In this document: in pieces, positions 50,577 through 59,142 of the stretch
How the letters are laid out: each line of letters opens with the position of its first letter
Numbering within the stretch: position 1 is the first letter of the stretch
NCBI GenBank assembly: GCA_903860135.1
Contig: CAIOPG010000007.1
Span: forward strand, 66,100 to 130,099
Origin: Candidatus Omnitrophota bacterium
GTDB taxonomy: Bacteria; Omnitrophota; Gorgyraeia; Zapsychrales; Fredricksoniimonadaceae
Reading direction: 5' to 3'
Length of the DNA stretch: 64,000 bases
The notes under the pieces: generated by a model
Seen by the model: only the letters and a program-made list of their open reading frames with translations
Database searches by the model: none
Told to the model about the DNA's origin: nothing
Position numbers and translations under genes: made by a program

Positions 50577-50933
50577 ATGCCTAAAACTATCCTGATCGTT
50601 GATGATGACCGCACCCTTGTTCATGTTTTGGAGAAATTCCTGAGGGAAGCGGGTTATAGCACGCTAACGGCCCATGACGGCGGGGAGGCTCTTGAGAAAG
50701 TTTCCACCGCCCACCCGGATCTTATTCTGCTGGACATCCAGATACCCAAGCTCCACGGTTATTCCTTCTTGTTTGAGATGCGCAAGATCGAGGGGGCTGG
50801 AGCCATCCCGGTCATTATTCTTACAGCATCAACGACGATGGCAGATATGTTCATGGCCGAAGGGGTTAAGGAATACCTTATCAAGCCCTGTTCTTCCCGG
50901 GATGTCTTGGGAAAGATCAGTAAATACATTTAA
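50577..50933 (+). CDS. Single-domain response regulator
   Basis: IVDDD, LLDIQIP, ILTA and IKP. Confidence 0.92.
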   Translation: MPKTILIVDDDRTLVHVLEKFLREAGYSTLTAHDGGEALEKVSTAHPDLILLDIQIPKLHGYSFLFEMRKIEGAGAIPVIILTASTTMADMFMAEGVKEYLIKPCSSRDVLGKISKYI

Positions 50934-50963
50934 CCCGCATTTTAATAAAGAGAAAGTGTCCTC

Positions 50964-52586
50964 ATGCGCAAACTAGATCTGGAACAGCTCGGGATAACAG
51001 ATGTCCGGGAAGTTTATTATAATCTTTCTTATGACGAACTTTTTAATCGGGAAACAGACCCGTCGTTGACGGGCTGGGATCGCGGTGTTGTTACAGAGCT
51101 GGGTGCTGTCAATGTGGACACTGGCAAATTCACGGGGCGTTCTCCTAAGGATAAATATTTTGCCGATGAGCCTTCGTCGAGTGCCAATATCTGGTGGTCT
51201 GCTCCTGGCAACGGGTCGGATAACCGTAGGTTGTCACCCGAAGGCTGGGCTAGGCTCAAAGGGCTTTCCCTGCAACAGTTGTCTGGCAAAAAACTTTATG
51301 TGATGGATGGTTACTGCGGGGCCAACAAAGACACGCGCCTGTGCGTCCGACTGGTCACCGAGGTCGCTTGGATGGCGCATTTCTTCAAGAATATGTTCCT
51401 TCGCCCGACAGCTGAAGAATTGGTAGATTTTTGTCCCGACTGGACCATCCTTAATGCCTGCAAGACGTCGTGTCCGGATTATAAAACTTACGCGATGAAT
51501 TCGGAGGTCTTTGGTGCGTTCCATGTCGGTGAGCGCATGACCTGCATCGGCGGGACGTGGTACGGTGGCGAGATTAAAAAGGGTATTTTTACGGTCATGA
51601 ATTATTTTCTGCCGTTGAAAGGGGTGGGGGCGTTCCATTGTTCGGCCAATATGGGTGAACAAGGAGATACCGCTCTTTTCTTCGGCCTTTCAGGGACCGG
51701 TAAAACCACTTTATCGGCAGATCCCAAGCGCCGGCTTATTGGTGATGACGAACATGGCTGGGATGACGCGGGAGTGTTTAACTTTGAAGGCGGCTGTTAC
51801 GCCAAATGCATCAACCTTTCCAAAGAAAAAGAGCCGGATATTTATCATGCGATCAAGCGCGACGCCATCCTGGAGAATCTTGTCCTTGATGCTGCCGGGG
51901 GCATTGATTTTAAGTCCGAGGCCAAGACTGAAAACACCCGCGCATCGTATCCGATCCATCATATTCATAATATTGTCAAGCCTGTTTCCAAGGGGGGGCA
52001 TCCCCGGAAGATCATTTTTCTTTCGTGTGATGCGTATGGGGTATTGCCGCCTGTGGCACGCCTGACCAAAGAGCAGGCGATGTATCATTTTTTAAGCGGT
52101 TATACAGCCAAGCTGGCCGGCACGGAACTGGGCGTGACCGAGCCGCAAGCGACATTCTCGTCGTGTTTTGGACAGGCCTTCCTGCCCCTTCACCCGATCC
52201 GCTATGCCAGGATCTTGGCTGAAAAGATGGCGTTGCACGGGGCTGTGGCGTATGCGGTCAATACCGGCTGGGTTGCGGGGAAATACGGGGTTGGGTACCG
52301 CATGGATATTGTGCAGACGCGCGCGATCATCGATGCGATCCTTGACGGTGCTATTGATCACGGTACATTTGAGGTCATGCCTGTGTTCGGTGTCGAGATC
52401 CCGTGCGCGGTGAAGGGAGTTTCTCAGCCGCTGCTCAATCCGCGCAACGCCTGGACGGACAAGGCCGAATATGATATGGCTTGCCGTAAGCTCGCGGCAA
52501 TGTTTATAAAGAATTTCAAAAAGTTTGAGGATGATCCGGCTGCCAAGGCTTTGGTAGCGGTCGGCCCGCAACTTCTTCAGGAGTGA
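50964..52586 (+). CDS. pckA: Phosphoenolpyruvate carboxykinase (ATP)
   Basis: [28 protein letters not shown] and NFEGGCYAK motifs. Confidence 0.98.
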   Translation: MRKLDLEQLGITDVREVYYNLSYDELFNRETDPSLTGWDRGVVTELGAVNVDTGKFTGRSPKDKYFADEPSSSANIWWSAPGNGSDNRRLSPEGWARLKGLSLQQLSGKKLYVMDGYCGANKDTRLCVRLVTEVAWMAHFFKNMFLRPTAEELVDFCPDWTILNACKTSCPDYKTYAMNSEVFGAFHVGERMTCIGGTWYGGEIKKGIFTVMNYFLPLKGVGAFHCSANMGEQGDTALFFGLSGTGKTTLSADPKRRLIGDDEHGWDDAGVFNFEGGCYAKCINLSKEKEPDIYHAIKRDAILENLVLDAAGGIDFKSEAKTENTRASYPIHHIHNIVKPVSKGGHPRKIIFLSCDAYGVLPPVARLTKEQAMYHFLSGYTAKLAGTELGVTEPQATFSSCFGQAFLPLHPIRYARILAEKMALHGAVAYAVNTGWVAGKYGVGYRMDIVQTRAIIDAILDGAIDHGTFEVMPVFGVEIPCAVKGVSQPLLNPRNAWTDKAEYDMACRKLAAMFIKNFKKFEDDPAAKALVAVGPQLLQE

Positions 52587-53203
52587 CCTTTGTGAATATC
52601 AAAAAATTATTGTGGGCAGTTCTGGCAGGTTTCGTCACCGTGACCGCTGTTTTGGCGGGACGTGTTTTTATGTCTGCGGGGGCAGTGGTGTCGCAGATCG
52701 TTCCCGTAGGACGTTCTGTCGGCAATCCTGGTGCTTCTATCAAGGTTGTGGAGTACACGGATTTTCAGTGTCCGGCCTGTGCCAAGGCCTCTGGTGTTAT
52801 GCACGAGGAAGTTGTCCGTAATGCGGGAAAGATCCTTCTGGAGTTGAAATATTTTCCGCTGCCCATGCATAAAAATGCGCGGCGTGCGGCGGTGGCGGCT
52901 GAATGCGCCCTGGCGCAGGGGAAATTCTGGCTTATGGAAAAAGTTCTTTTTTCAAGCCAGAAAAGCTGGGCGGATTTAGCTAATCCTGATGATTATTTCC
53001 TGAGCTTGTCCCGAGGGATCGGCTGTGATGATCTTAAAATGATGCGTTGCATGTCGGATCACACGGTCGTTGAGCGTATCGATAAAGATGTCGTGGAGGG
53101 GAAAAGCCGGGGCGTAGCGGCCACACCAACGTTTTTCATTAATGGCACGATGGTGGTTGGGGCGCAGGCTCTCCAGAAGGCCATTGCCGAGGGGGTAAAG
53201 TGA
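52583..53203 (+). CDS. DsbA/BdbD-family thiol-disulfide oxidoreductase, membrane anchored
   Basis: [14 protein letters not shown] and [10 protein letters not shown] motifs. Confidence 0.92.
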   Translation: MTFVNIKKLLWAVLAGFVTVTAVLAGRVFMSAGAVVSQIVPVGRSVGNPGASIKVVEYTDFQCPACAKASGVMHEEVVRNAGKILLELKYFPLPMHKNARRAAVAAECALAQGKFWLMEKVLFSSQKSWADLANPDDYFLSLSRGIGCDDLKMMRCMSDHTVVERIDKDVVEGKSRGVAATPTFFINGTMVVGAQALQKAIAEGVK

Positions 53204-53204
53204 T

Positions 53205-53657
53205 ATGGGAAAATATCTGTTCCTAGCACTAAGGTTGCTGATTGCCGCAGTATTCCTTGTTTCCGGGTGGGAAAAGGCTGTCAATCCGCCGGCGAACTTT
53301 CTTTATATCCTGCAGGCGTATGATATTCTTCCGGCGGTATTGGAGCGGTTGGTGTCTGTTGTTTTCCCTTGGATTGAACTTGCCACGGGTGTGTTGCTGG
53401 CGCTGGGGTTATGGCTGCGCGTGGGACTTCTTGTATCTGCCTGTGTGTCCGGGTCGTTCATTCTGATCGTCAGTCAGGCGATCGTGCGTCATTTGCCGAT
53501 CGATAATTGCGGTTGTTTCGGTAATCTGGTGCATCTGCCTTTGCGCGGGGTCATTATTCTGGATCTGGCCATTTTTACAACAACCCTGCTCCTTTCATGG
53601 AATCTGATCGCGGCCCGTCGTTTCAGCCTGGATAATGCTTGCGAACCGCGTGCATGA
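53205..53657 (+). CDS. MauE/DoxX family membrane protein
   Basis: R......F..SG..K, PWIE...G and CGCFG motifs. Confidence 0.88.
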   Translation: MGKYLFLALRLLIAAVFLVSGWEKAVNPPANFLYILQAYDILPAVLERLVSVVFPWIELATGVLLALGLWLRVGLLVSACVSGSFILIVSQAIVRHLPIDNCGCFGNLVHLPLRGVIILDLAIFTTTLLLSWNLIAARRFSLDNACEPRA

Positions 53658-55156
53658 GAATGTTTTTGTTTGTGGCCGCAACTTTTCTGGGTTTTATGAT
53701 GAATCAGCCATTCTTATTCTCTGATGATAATGTTATGCCTGCCGCGCTGGCCGGGACCTGGTATCCGGGCACACCACAGGAATTAAGCACCCTGCTCGAT
53801 GGTTTTTCATCATCCGTCAGCTTTCCGGCAGAGACGCCTTCGGGGGGTGACATCGCCGTTATTGTAGCGCCGCACGCGGGGTATCCTTTTTCGGGTGGTG
53901 TGGCGGCGTACGGGTTTAAGGCGGTCAAGGCCAGAAAGATAGCAACGGTCGTTATTCTCGCGCCGACACATCATTTTTCTTTCAAGGGAGCTTCGGTGTG
54001 GGCGAAGGGGGCTTTCACCACGCCACTGGGGTCGGTGGCTGTGGATGAGGTCTTTGCGGCGCAGCTTCTTACGGCCGATAAGGTATTCATCACCCGTAAA
54101 GATATCTTCAAAGGTGTCCCGGGTCGTCCGGAAAACTCGGTCGAGACGCAGATCCCTTTTGTTCAGCAGACATTCCCCGGGGCGAAGATCGTGCCTGTGA
54201 TCCTCGGGTATCCGCCGGATGCGCGCACTGCGGCGGCCGTGGCGCAGGCGTTGGCGCAGGTCGTGGGCGGGCGTGATGATGTGCTGGTTGTCGTGAGCGT
54301 GGATCAGTCGCATTTTCATCCTTTAGACCAGGCCCGTGTGATTGACCGTGCAGGCTTGGCGGCGATAGAGAAGTTTGATATGGAGGCATTATGGGCAGGC
54401 CATGCTGCCGGGCGGATGGAAGTGGACGGTTTTCATGTGGTGGGGACTGCGATGGCTTATGCTCGGGCGCTCGGATATGGCCGTGCCAAGGTCCTCAGGT
54501 ATGCGACTTCCGCTGACGCGACAGGTGACACTAAAAGCGTCGTGGGGTATGCGTCGGTGATTTTTTATAGGGATGCGGCATCTGCTGTGAAGGCAGTGGT
54601 TGCGCCTTTGTCGGCTTCGCAGAAAGACCGGCTCGTGCGCATGGCACGCCGTACCCTCGACATGTTTGTGCGGACAAGGAAGCGCCGCGCGGTCGATGAC
54701 AAAGACCCGCGAATGGCTGTGCCCGAAGGCGCGTTTGTGACCTTGAAGAAAGCCGGTGTTTTACGCGGATGCATCGGACATATTATTGGCGAGGGACCTT
54801 TAGCCCTCACGGTGCGCGACATGGCCATTGCGGCGGCCAGCGAGGATCCACGCTTCGCGCCGGTGTCGGTCAGCGAGCTTGCGGATATCAGCCTTGAGAT
54901 ATCTGTTTTATCAACCCCGCGAGAGATAAAAAGTGCGCAGGAGGTGGTGTTGGGCCGGCATGGCGTGATCGTCAGACGTGGTGCGCGGGGAGGTGTGTTT
55001 TTACCTCAGGTCGCCGATGAAACCGGTTGGAGCCGGGAGCGGTTCTTGTCTGAACTTTGCGCACAGAAGGCGGGGCTTTCGCCGGATTGCTGGAAAGATC
55101 CAGCAACCAAAATAGAAGTTTTCACCGCCGATGTTTTTGGCGAAACAAAGGAGTGA
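53654..55156 (+). CDS. Memo (AmmeMemoRadiSam B) - AMMECR1 (protein A) fusion
   Basis: AG.WYP, PHAGY.FSG, TPLG, D.SH and VGY (Memo); GAFVTL, LRGCIG, DPRF, EISVLS and FLPQV (AMMECR1). Confidence 0.92.
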   Translation: MRMFLFVAATFLGFMMNQPFLFSDDNVMPAALAGTWYPGTPQELSTLLDGFSSSVSFPAETPSGGDIAVIVAPHAGYPFSGGVAAYGFKAVKARKIATVVILAPTHHFSFKGASVWAKGAFTTPLGSVAVDEVFAAQLLTADKVFITRKDIFKGVPGRPENSVETQIPFVQQTFPGAKIVPVILGYPPDARTAAAVAQALAQVVGGRDDVLVVVSVDQSHFHPLDQARVIDRAGLAAIEKFDMEALWAGHAAGRMEVDGFHVVGTAMAYARALGYGRAKVLRYATSADATGDTKSVVGYASVIFYRDAASAVKAVVAPLSASQKDRLVRMARRTLDMFVRTRKRRAVDDKDPRMAVPEGAFVTLKKAGVLRGCIGHIIGEGPLALTVRDMAIAAASEDPRFAPVSVSELADISLEISVLSTPREIKSAQEVVLGRHGVIVRRGARGGVFLPQVADETGWSRERFLSELCAQKAGLSPDCWKDPATKIEVFTADVFGETKE

Positions 55157-55157
55157 T

Positions 55158-55409
55158 ATGGGCAGTCTCCCGTTAAAGAGCAGGAAAGAAAGACAAAAAG
55201 AACGTCGGGAAGAGAAGGCACCGCGCAAGCCGCTGCTGTCCGACCGCCAGAGAAAGGTCGTCCTGGCCGTCCTTGTTATTGCTGTTTGTGCGGTGCCTGT
55301 CATTGACATCTTGCGTTGCAAGGCGGCTTGTATGAAACGCGTCAAAACGCCTTATCCCGAGATCGCTTGCCGTTATGAATGCCCCTGGCCCTGGCAGAAG
55401 TCCGAATAG
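55158..55409 (+). CDS. Small basic single-TM Cys-rich hypothetical protein
   Basis: RBS AAGGAG; basic N-terminus, one TM helix, CKAAC...CRYECPWPW. Confidence 0.6.
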   Translation: MGSLPLKSRKERQKERREEKAPRKPLLSDRQRKVVLAVLVIAVCAVPVIDILRCKAACMKRVKTPYPEIACRYECPWPWQKSE

Positions 55410-55423
55410 TGCCGGAGTCGTGC

Positions 55424-56536
55424 ATGAAAATGTCAGCCGAGGCGCGTATTATCTGGATCAGCACCCTGATCATCATGTCGGTTGGATTGGTGACGCTTTA
55501 TAGTGCTTCTTTTGATAATGTCCGTGTTTCCCGCCAGGTTTTTTTCGATCAGCTGGTTTGTGGGGCTTTGGCTCTGACGGTGATGTTTGTTTTGAGCCGC
55601 ATTCATTACAGGATGTTCTTTGATGCCGCCTATCCTTTGTATGTCATCAATGTCCTTTTGCTGATCTTTGTGCTGGTTGCCGGTCGTTCTGCGCTTGGAG
55701 CCACGCGCTGGTTTAGTTTTGCGGGCATCAGTTTTCAGCCGTCGGAGCTGTCCAAGGTTGCGGTTATCCTGATGCTGGGGCGGTATTTCAGTAAACGGAA
55801 TTTAAAACTTTCTTTTGATCTGCGCAGTTCATTTTATGCGTTCGGTCGCGATCTGTGCTATCCGCTCTTTCTTATGTTGCTCAGTTTTGTATTTATTTTC
55901 AAACAGCCTGATCTGGGGACGGCGATCCTGGTATTTGGAATATTTGTGATCATGCTTTTTGCCAGCGGGATCGACTGGCGGCCGCTGGCTGGTTTTCTGG
56001 GACTATGTGCCATTGCCGTTCCTTTTGGCTGGCATTTTCTCAAGGATTATCAGCGGGATCGCCTTTTGGTATTTCTTAATCCGAATATAGATCCGCTGGG
56101 GGCAGGGTATACGATCATTCAGTCGCGCATTGCGATCGGTTCGGGGCAGGTCTTTGGCAAGGGCTGGCTGGCCGGAACGCAGAACCAGCTTAATTTTCTT
56201 CCCGAGCGCCATACGGATTTTATTTTTGCGGTGATCGGCGAGGAGTGGGGCTTTGCCGGGACGACCTTTCTTCTGGGGTGTTATTTCATGCTGATCTATA
56301 CAGGGATACAGATCGCGGGAAGGGTCAAGGACAAGTTCGGGCATCTTGTGGCCATAGGCATCGTTTCGATCCTGACCCTGCAGGTGGTTATTAACATGAG
56401 CATGACCATGGGCTTGAGCCCGGTGGTGGGGATCACGCTGCCTTTTGTGAGTTACGGACGGACTTCTTTTTTGGTCTTTGCCATCATGATGGGGTTCTTG
56501 CTCAACCTTTCCCAACAGCGCCGTTCAAATGCGTGA
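55424..56536 (+). CDS. rodA: Rod shape-determining SEDS protein RodA
   Basis: GATRW, FQPSE, QPDLGT, YQ..R, GY...QS.IAIGSG, PERHTDFIF and LPFVSYG motifs. Confidence 0.94.
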   Translation: MKMSAEARIIWISTLIIMSVGLVTLYSASFDNVRVSRQVFFDQLVCGALALTVMFVLSRIHYRMFFDAAYPLYVINVLLLIFVLVAGRSALGATRWFSFAGISFQPSELSKVAVILMLGRYFSKRNLKLSFDLRSSFYAFGRDLCYPLFLMLLSFVFIFKQPDLGTAILVFGIFVIMLFASGIDWRPLAGFLGLCAIAVPFGWHFLKDYQRDRLLVFLNPNIDPLGAGYTIIQSRIAIGSGQVFGKGWLAGTQNQLNFLPERHTDFIFAVIGEEWGFAGTTFLLGCYFMLIYTGIQIAGRVKDKFGHLVAIGIVSILTLQVVINMSMTMGLSPVVGITLPFVSYGRTSFLVFAIMMGFLLNLSQQRRSNA

Positions 56537-56604
56537 TTGAAAATCTTTCAAAGAATTTCCGCTTGTGTATGGAAAAAGGGCTCTGACTGGTCTATAGTAT
56601 AATT

Positions 56605-57096
56605 ATGGCATTTGAACGCACGACGCATAAGAATCTCGGCGAACTCCTCATGGAGCGCGGTGTCATCACGCGCCCCCAGCTTGAGGCTGTGGTTGCCTAT
56701 CAGTTAAAAAATAAAGGCGTACTTTTTGGCGAAGCCCTGATCTGTCTCGGTAGTGCGACAGAGGAAGACATTGCCCAAGCGCTCACCTGCCAGTACGGAT
56801 TTCCTTATCTGCGTCTTTCCAATCACAAGATCGACCGGCAGGTTTTGACGGTCATCCCAGCGCATCTATGTGAGCAGTTTTGCCTTATTCCCGTTCACAG
56901 GCGCGGGGATGTCTTGACATTGGCCATGTCTAATCCTTTGAATAGCAGGGCTTTGCAGGACGTAGAATTACTGTCGGGATGTACGGCCCAGGCTTTTGTG
57001 AGTACGGCCAGTGATATTCGTAATGCCATAAGAAAATATTATGCCACCGTGCTTGACGCGGGGAATGGATATGGCGATGCCGACGTTCCTGCATGA
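56605..57096 (+). CDS. Stand-alone MshEN / GspE-PilB N-terminal domain protein
   Basis: LGELL...G.IT..QL......Q repeat, then FGE.L, QYG.P and AMSNP; no ATPase domain. Confidence 0.85.
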   Translation: MAFERTTHKNLGELLMERGVITRPQLEAVVAYQLKNKGVLFGEALICLGSATEEDIAQALTCQYGFPYLRLSNHKIDRQVLTVIPAHLCEQFCLIPVHRRGDVLTLAMSNPLNSRALQDVELLSGCTAQAFVSTASDIRNAIRKYYATVLDAGNGYGDADVPA

Positions 57097-57544
57097 CCGT
57101 CATTTGATAGGAGATGTCCTGGTTTTCCGGAAGCTGATCACGGTTACTCAGCTGGCACATGCGTTGTTGGTTCAGCGGTCTGAAAAAGGCGTTTTTATTG
57201 GAGAGATCCTGATGCGCCTTGGGTATGCCGGCGAGATGGATGTCGTGACGGCGCTGGTGGTGCAGTATAATCTTCCGTATATTGCGGTGATGCGTTACCA
57301 TGTTGAGCCTTGTATCCTTGGGCTTATACCTTCGGATCTGGCTCGGCGTAAACGTCTCGTGCCGCTCGACAGGATCGGTAATGTTTTGAGTGTTGTGGTG
57401 CCGCACCCTCCCGATGCGGCCCTGCGCCGTGAGGTTGAGGCGTTGACGCATTGCCGGATGGCAACTTTTATTTCCACCAGATCCGAGATCGATCTGGCCA
57501 TCGAACATTTTTATCCCGTACCCGATCATGGCGGCATTAAATAA
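57077..57544 (+). CDS. Second stand-alone MshEN / GspE N-terminal domain paralog
   Basis: IGDVL....LIT..QL..AL..Q, IGEIL...G and QY.LPY; aligns by eye with the upstream gene. Confidence 0.8.
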   Translation: MPTFLHDRHLIGDVLVFRKLITVTQLAHALLVQRSEKGVFIGEILMRLGYAGEMDVVTALVVQYNLPYIAVMRYHVEPCILGLIPSDLARRKRLVPLDRIGNVLSVVVPHPPDAALRREVEALTHCRMATFISTRSEIDLAIEHFYPVPDHGGIK

Positions 57545-57575
57545 GGGCGGGCGTTCATATGACACAGGAGGCATC

Positions 57576-58604
57576 ATGAAAAGAAGTTTTTTGGGGTTGA
57601 TGAGTATACTGCTTGTATTGTGCGGTAACAGTTTTGCCGAGGTCAAATCCCCGGATCCGGCGGCTTTTGATTACACGCTCCAAAGGCTTCATCAGAGCGT
57701 GGCGGAACTTTCCAAAGAAAATCAGGAACTCAAAGCGCGTAATACAGGTGTGCGCGTCAAGGTTGGGGCCCTTACGGCCAAGCTGACCGCTATGCAAGAG
57801 GATGTCTATCAGCTTAAGAAAAGGAAGGCAGTTCAAACGGTCAGTCCCAAGGGGGTGAGCGCGCTCGACTCTCTCAAGGCGCAGGTCATCCGTTTGAACC
57901 AAGAGTTAACAAGGATCGGTCAGGAATCGGTGGCTGTTGATGCCCAGATGAAACTTGTTGAAGAAGCAGAACGGGCTTATGGTCAGAAGATCAGCAAGCT
58001 TGAAGCGGATATTAAGGAGGTGCCCTCAGACGGTGCGCTTTCAGTTGAATGGCAAAAAGCTGTCACCGACCTTCAGGTCGAAAGGGATAAATTACGTCAA
58101 GAAGCGCACGAAGCGACCGTGCGTTATAACGCGGCCAAAACACAGTGGGTTAACCTTGATGCGGCCATCACCCATGAGCCTAAACAATTTCAGACGATTA
58201 GAGCAGAACAGGAATCTATCGCCCGGGAAGCGGCAGCCATAGAAGCTGAATTGCCCAAATTAAAAGCTAATATGGCTGAAGCGCAGGCGGATGTTCAGCA
58301 CCTCGATCTTGAAGATAACAGTGATCTTAAAGTGGGGCGTATGGAAAGCGAGATCAAGGCGATCACGGAGCGTAATCGTAGCCTTGAACTGGAACTGCTT
58401 ACCCTCCAGAAGGTCAAGGATGGCGAGTTCAAGCGCGTGCAAGACGAGCGTAGCGCGCTAGAAGTCAAATACAAAGGTGAAATTGATGCCTTAACGGTGC
58501 GCAATACCGCGTTGCGGCAGGAATTGGACGGGCTGCGCAAGGCGATGGTCGCCTTGGATAAGAAGAAATCCGTATTGGAGTCGGATGCGTACACGCCCCG
58601 TTGA
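57576..58604 (+). CDS. Exported long coiled-coil protein
   Basis: RBS AGGAGG, signal peptide ending SFA, heptad-rich body. Confidence 0.75.
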   Translation: MKRSFLGLMSILLVLCGNSFAEVKSPDPAAFDYTLQRLHQSVAELSKENQELKARNTGVRVKVGALTAKLTAMQEDVYQLKKRKAVQTVSPKGVSALDSLKAQVIRLNQELTRIGQESVAVDAQMKLVEEAERAYGQKISKLEADIKEVPSDGALSVEWQKAVTDLQVERDKLRQEAHEATVRYNAAKTQWVNLDAAITHEPKQFQTIRAEQESIAREAAAIEAELPKLKANMAEAQADVQHLDLEDNSDLKVGRMESEIKAITERNRSLELELLTLQKVKDGEFKRVQDERSALEVKYKGEIDALTVRNTALRQELDGLRKAMVALDKKKSVLESDAYTPR

Positions 58605-58675
58605 TCTTTACGGATTTTAGTCGTTTAAAATTTCCGGATGATATGTTAGAATGAGCAAACTGTTAAGGAGTGTTT

Positions 58676-59059
58676 ATGGGGAAGAAAGCTTTCCATTTCG
58701 TTGAGATCATGATTGTTGCTGTGATCATTGTTCTTTTTGTCGCGATCATTATCCCGAGTGCCTTGAAGTCCGGTATCGAGACCAATGATACGCTGGCCAA
58801 GGGGAAGTTGCGGCAGCTCTCTGCGGTGGCAGAAGCTTATGCCACTACGCATACGGGCAATTATCCTTTGGAGATGACTGCGCTGAGCGGGACCACGCCA
58901 CCGTTGATCAGAGAAAATCCGTGCGGGTTGGCGTTCTCAGGCTTCAGATATGCTTGTGAGTTTACGGCAATTTCCTATGTGTTTACCGCGACGCCGGTTA
59001 CAGCGGGCAAATCAGGGACAGCAATTTATACGATAACGACCGGCGGTGTTTTGCAATAA
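58676..59059 (+). CDS. Type IV pilin / pseudopilin-like protein
   Basis: KKA|FHFVEIMIV class III signal with E5, hydrophobic helix, G.YP, a Cys pair and TATP. Confidence 0.82.
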   Translation: MGKKAFHFVEIMIVAVIIVLFVAIIIPSALKSGIETNDTLAKGKLRQLSAVAEAYATTHTGNYPLEMTALSGTTPPLIRENPCGLAFSGFRYACEFTAISYVFTATPVTAGKSGTAIYTITTGGVLQ

Positions 59060-59142
59060 GGTCATAGACGGACATCTGTGCGAAGGGTGCCGTTGGCGCC
59101 TTCCGGTCGAAATAATAATTTCATCATATTTAAGGAGTAAGC

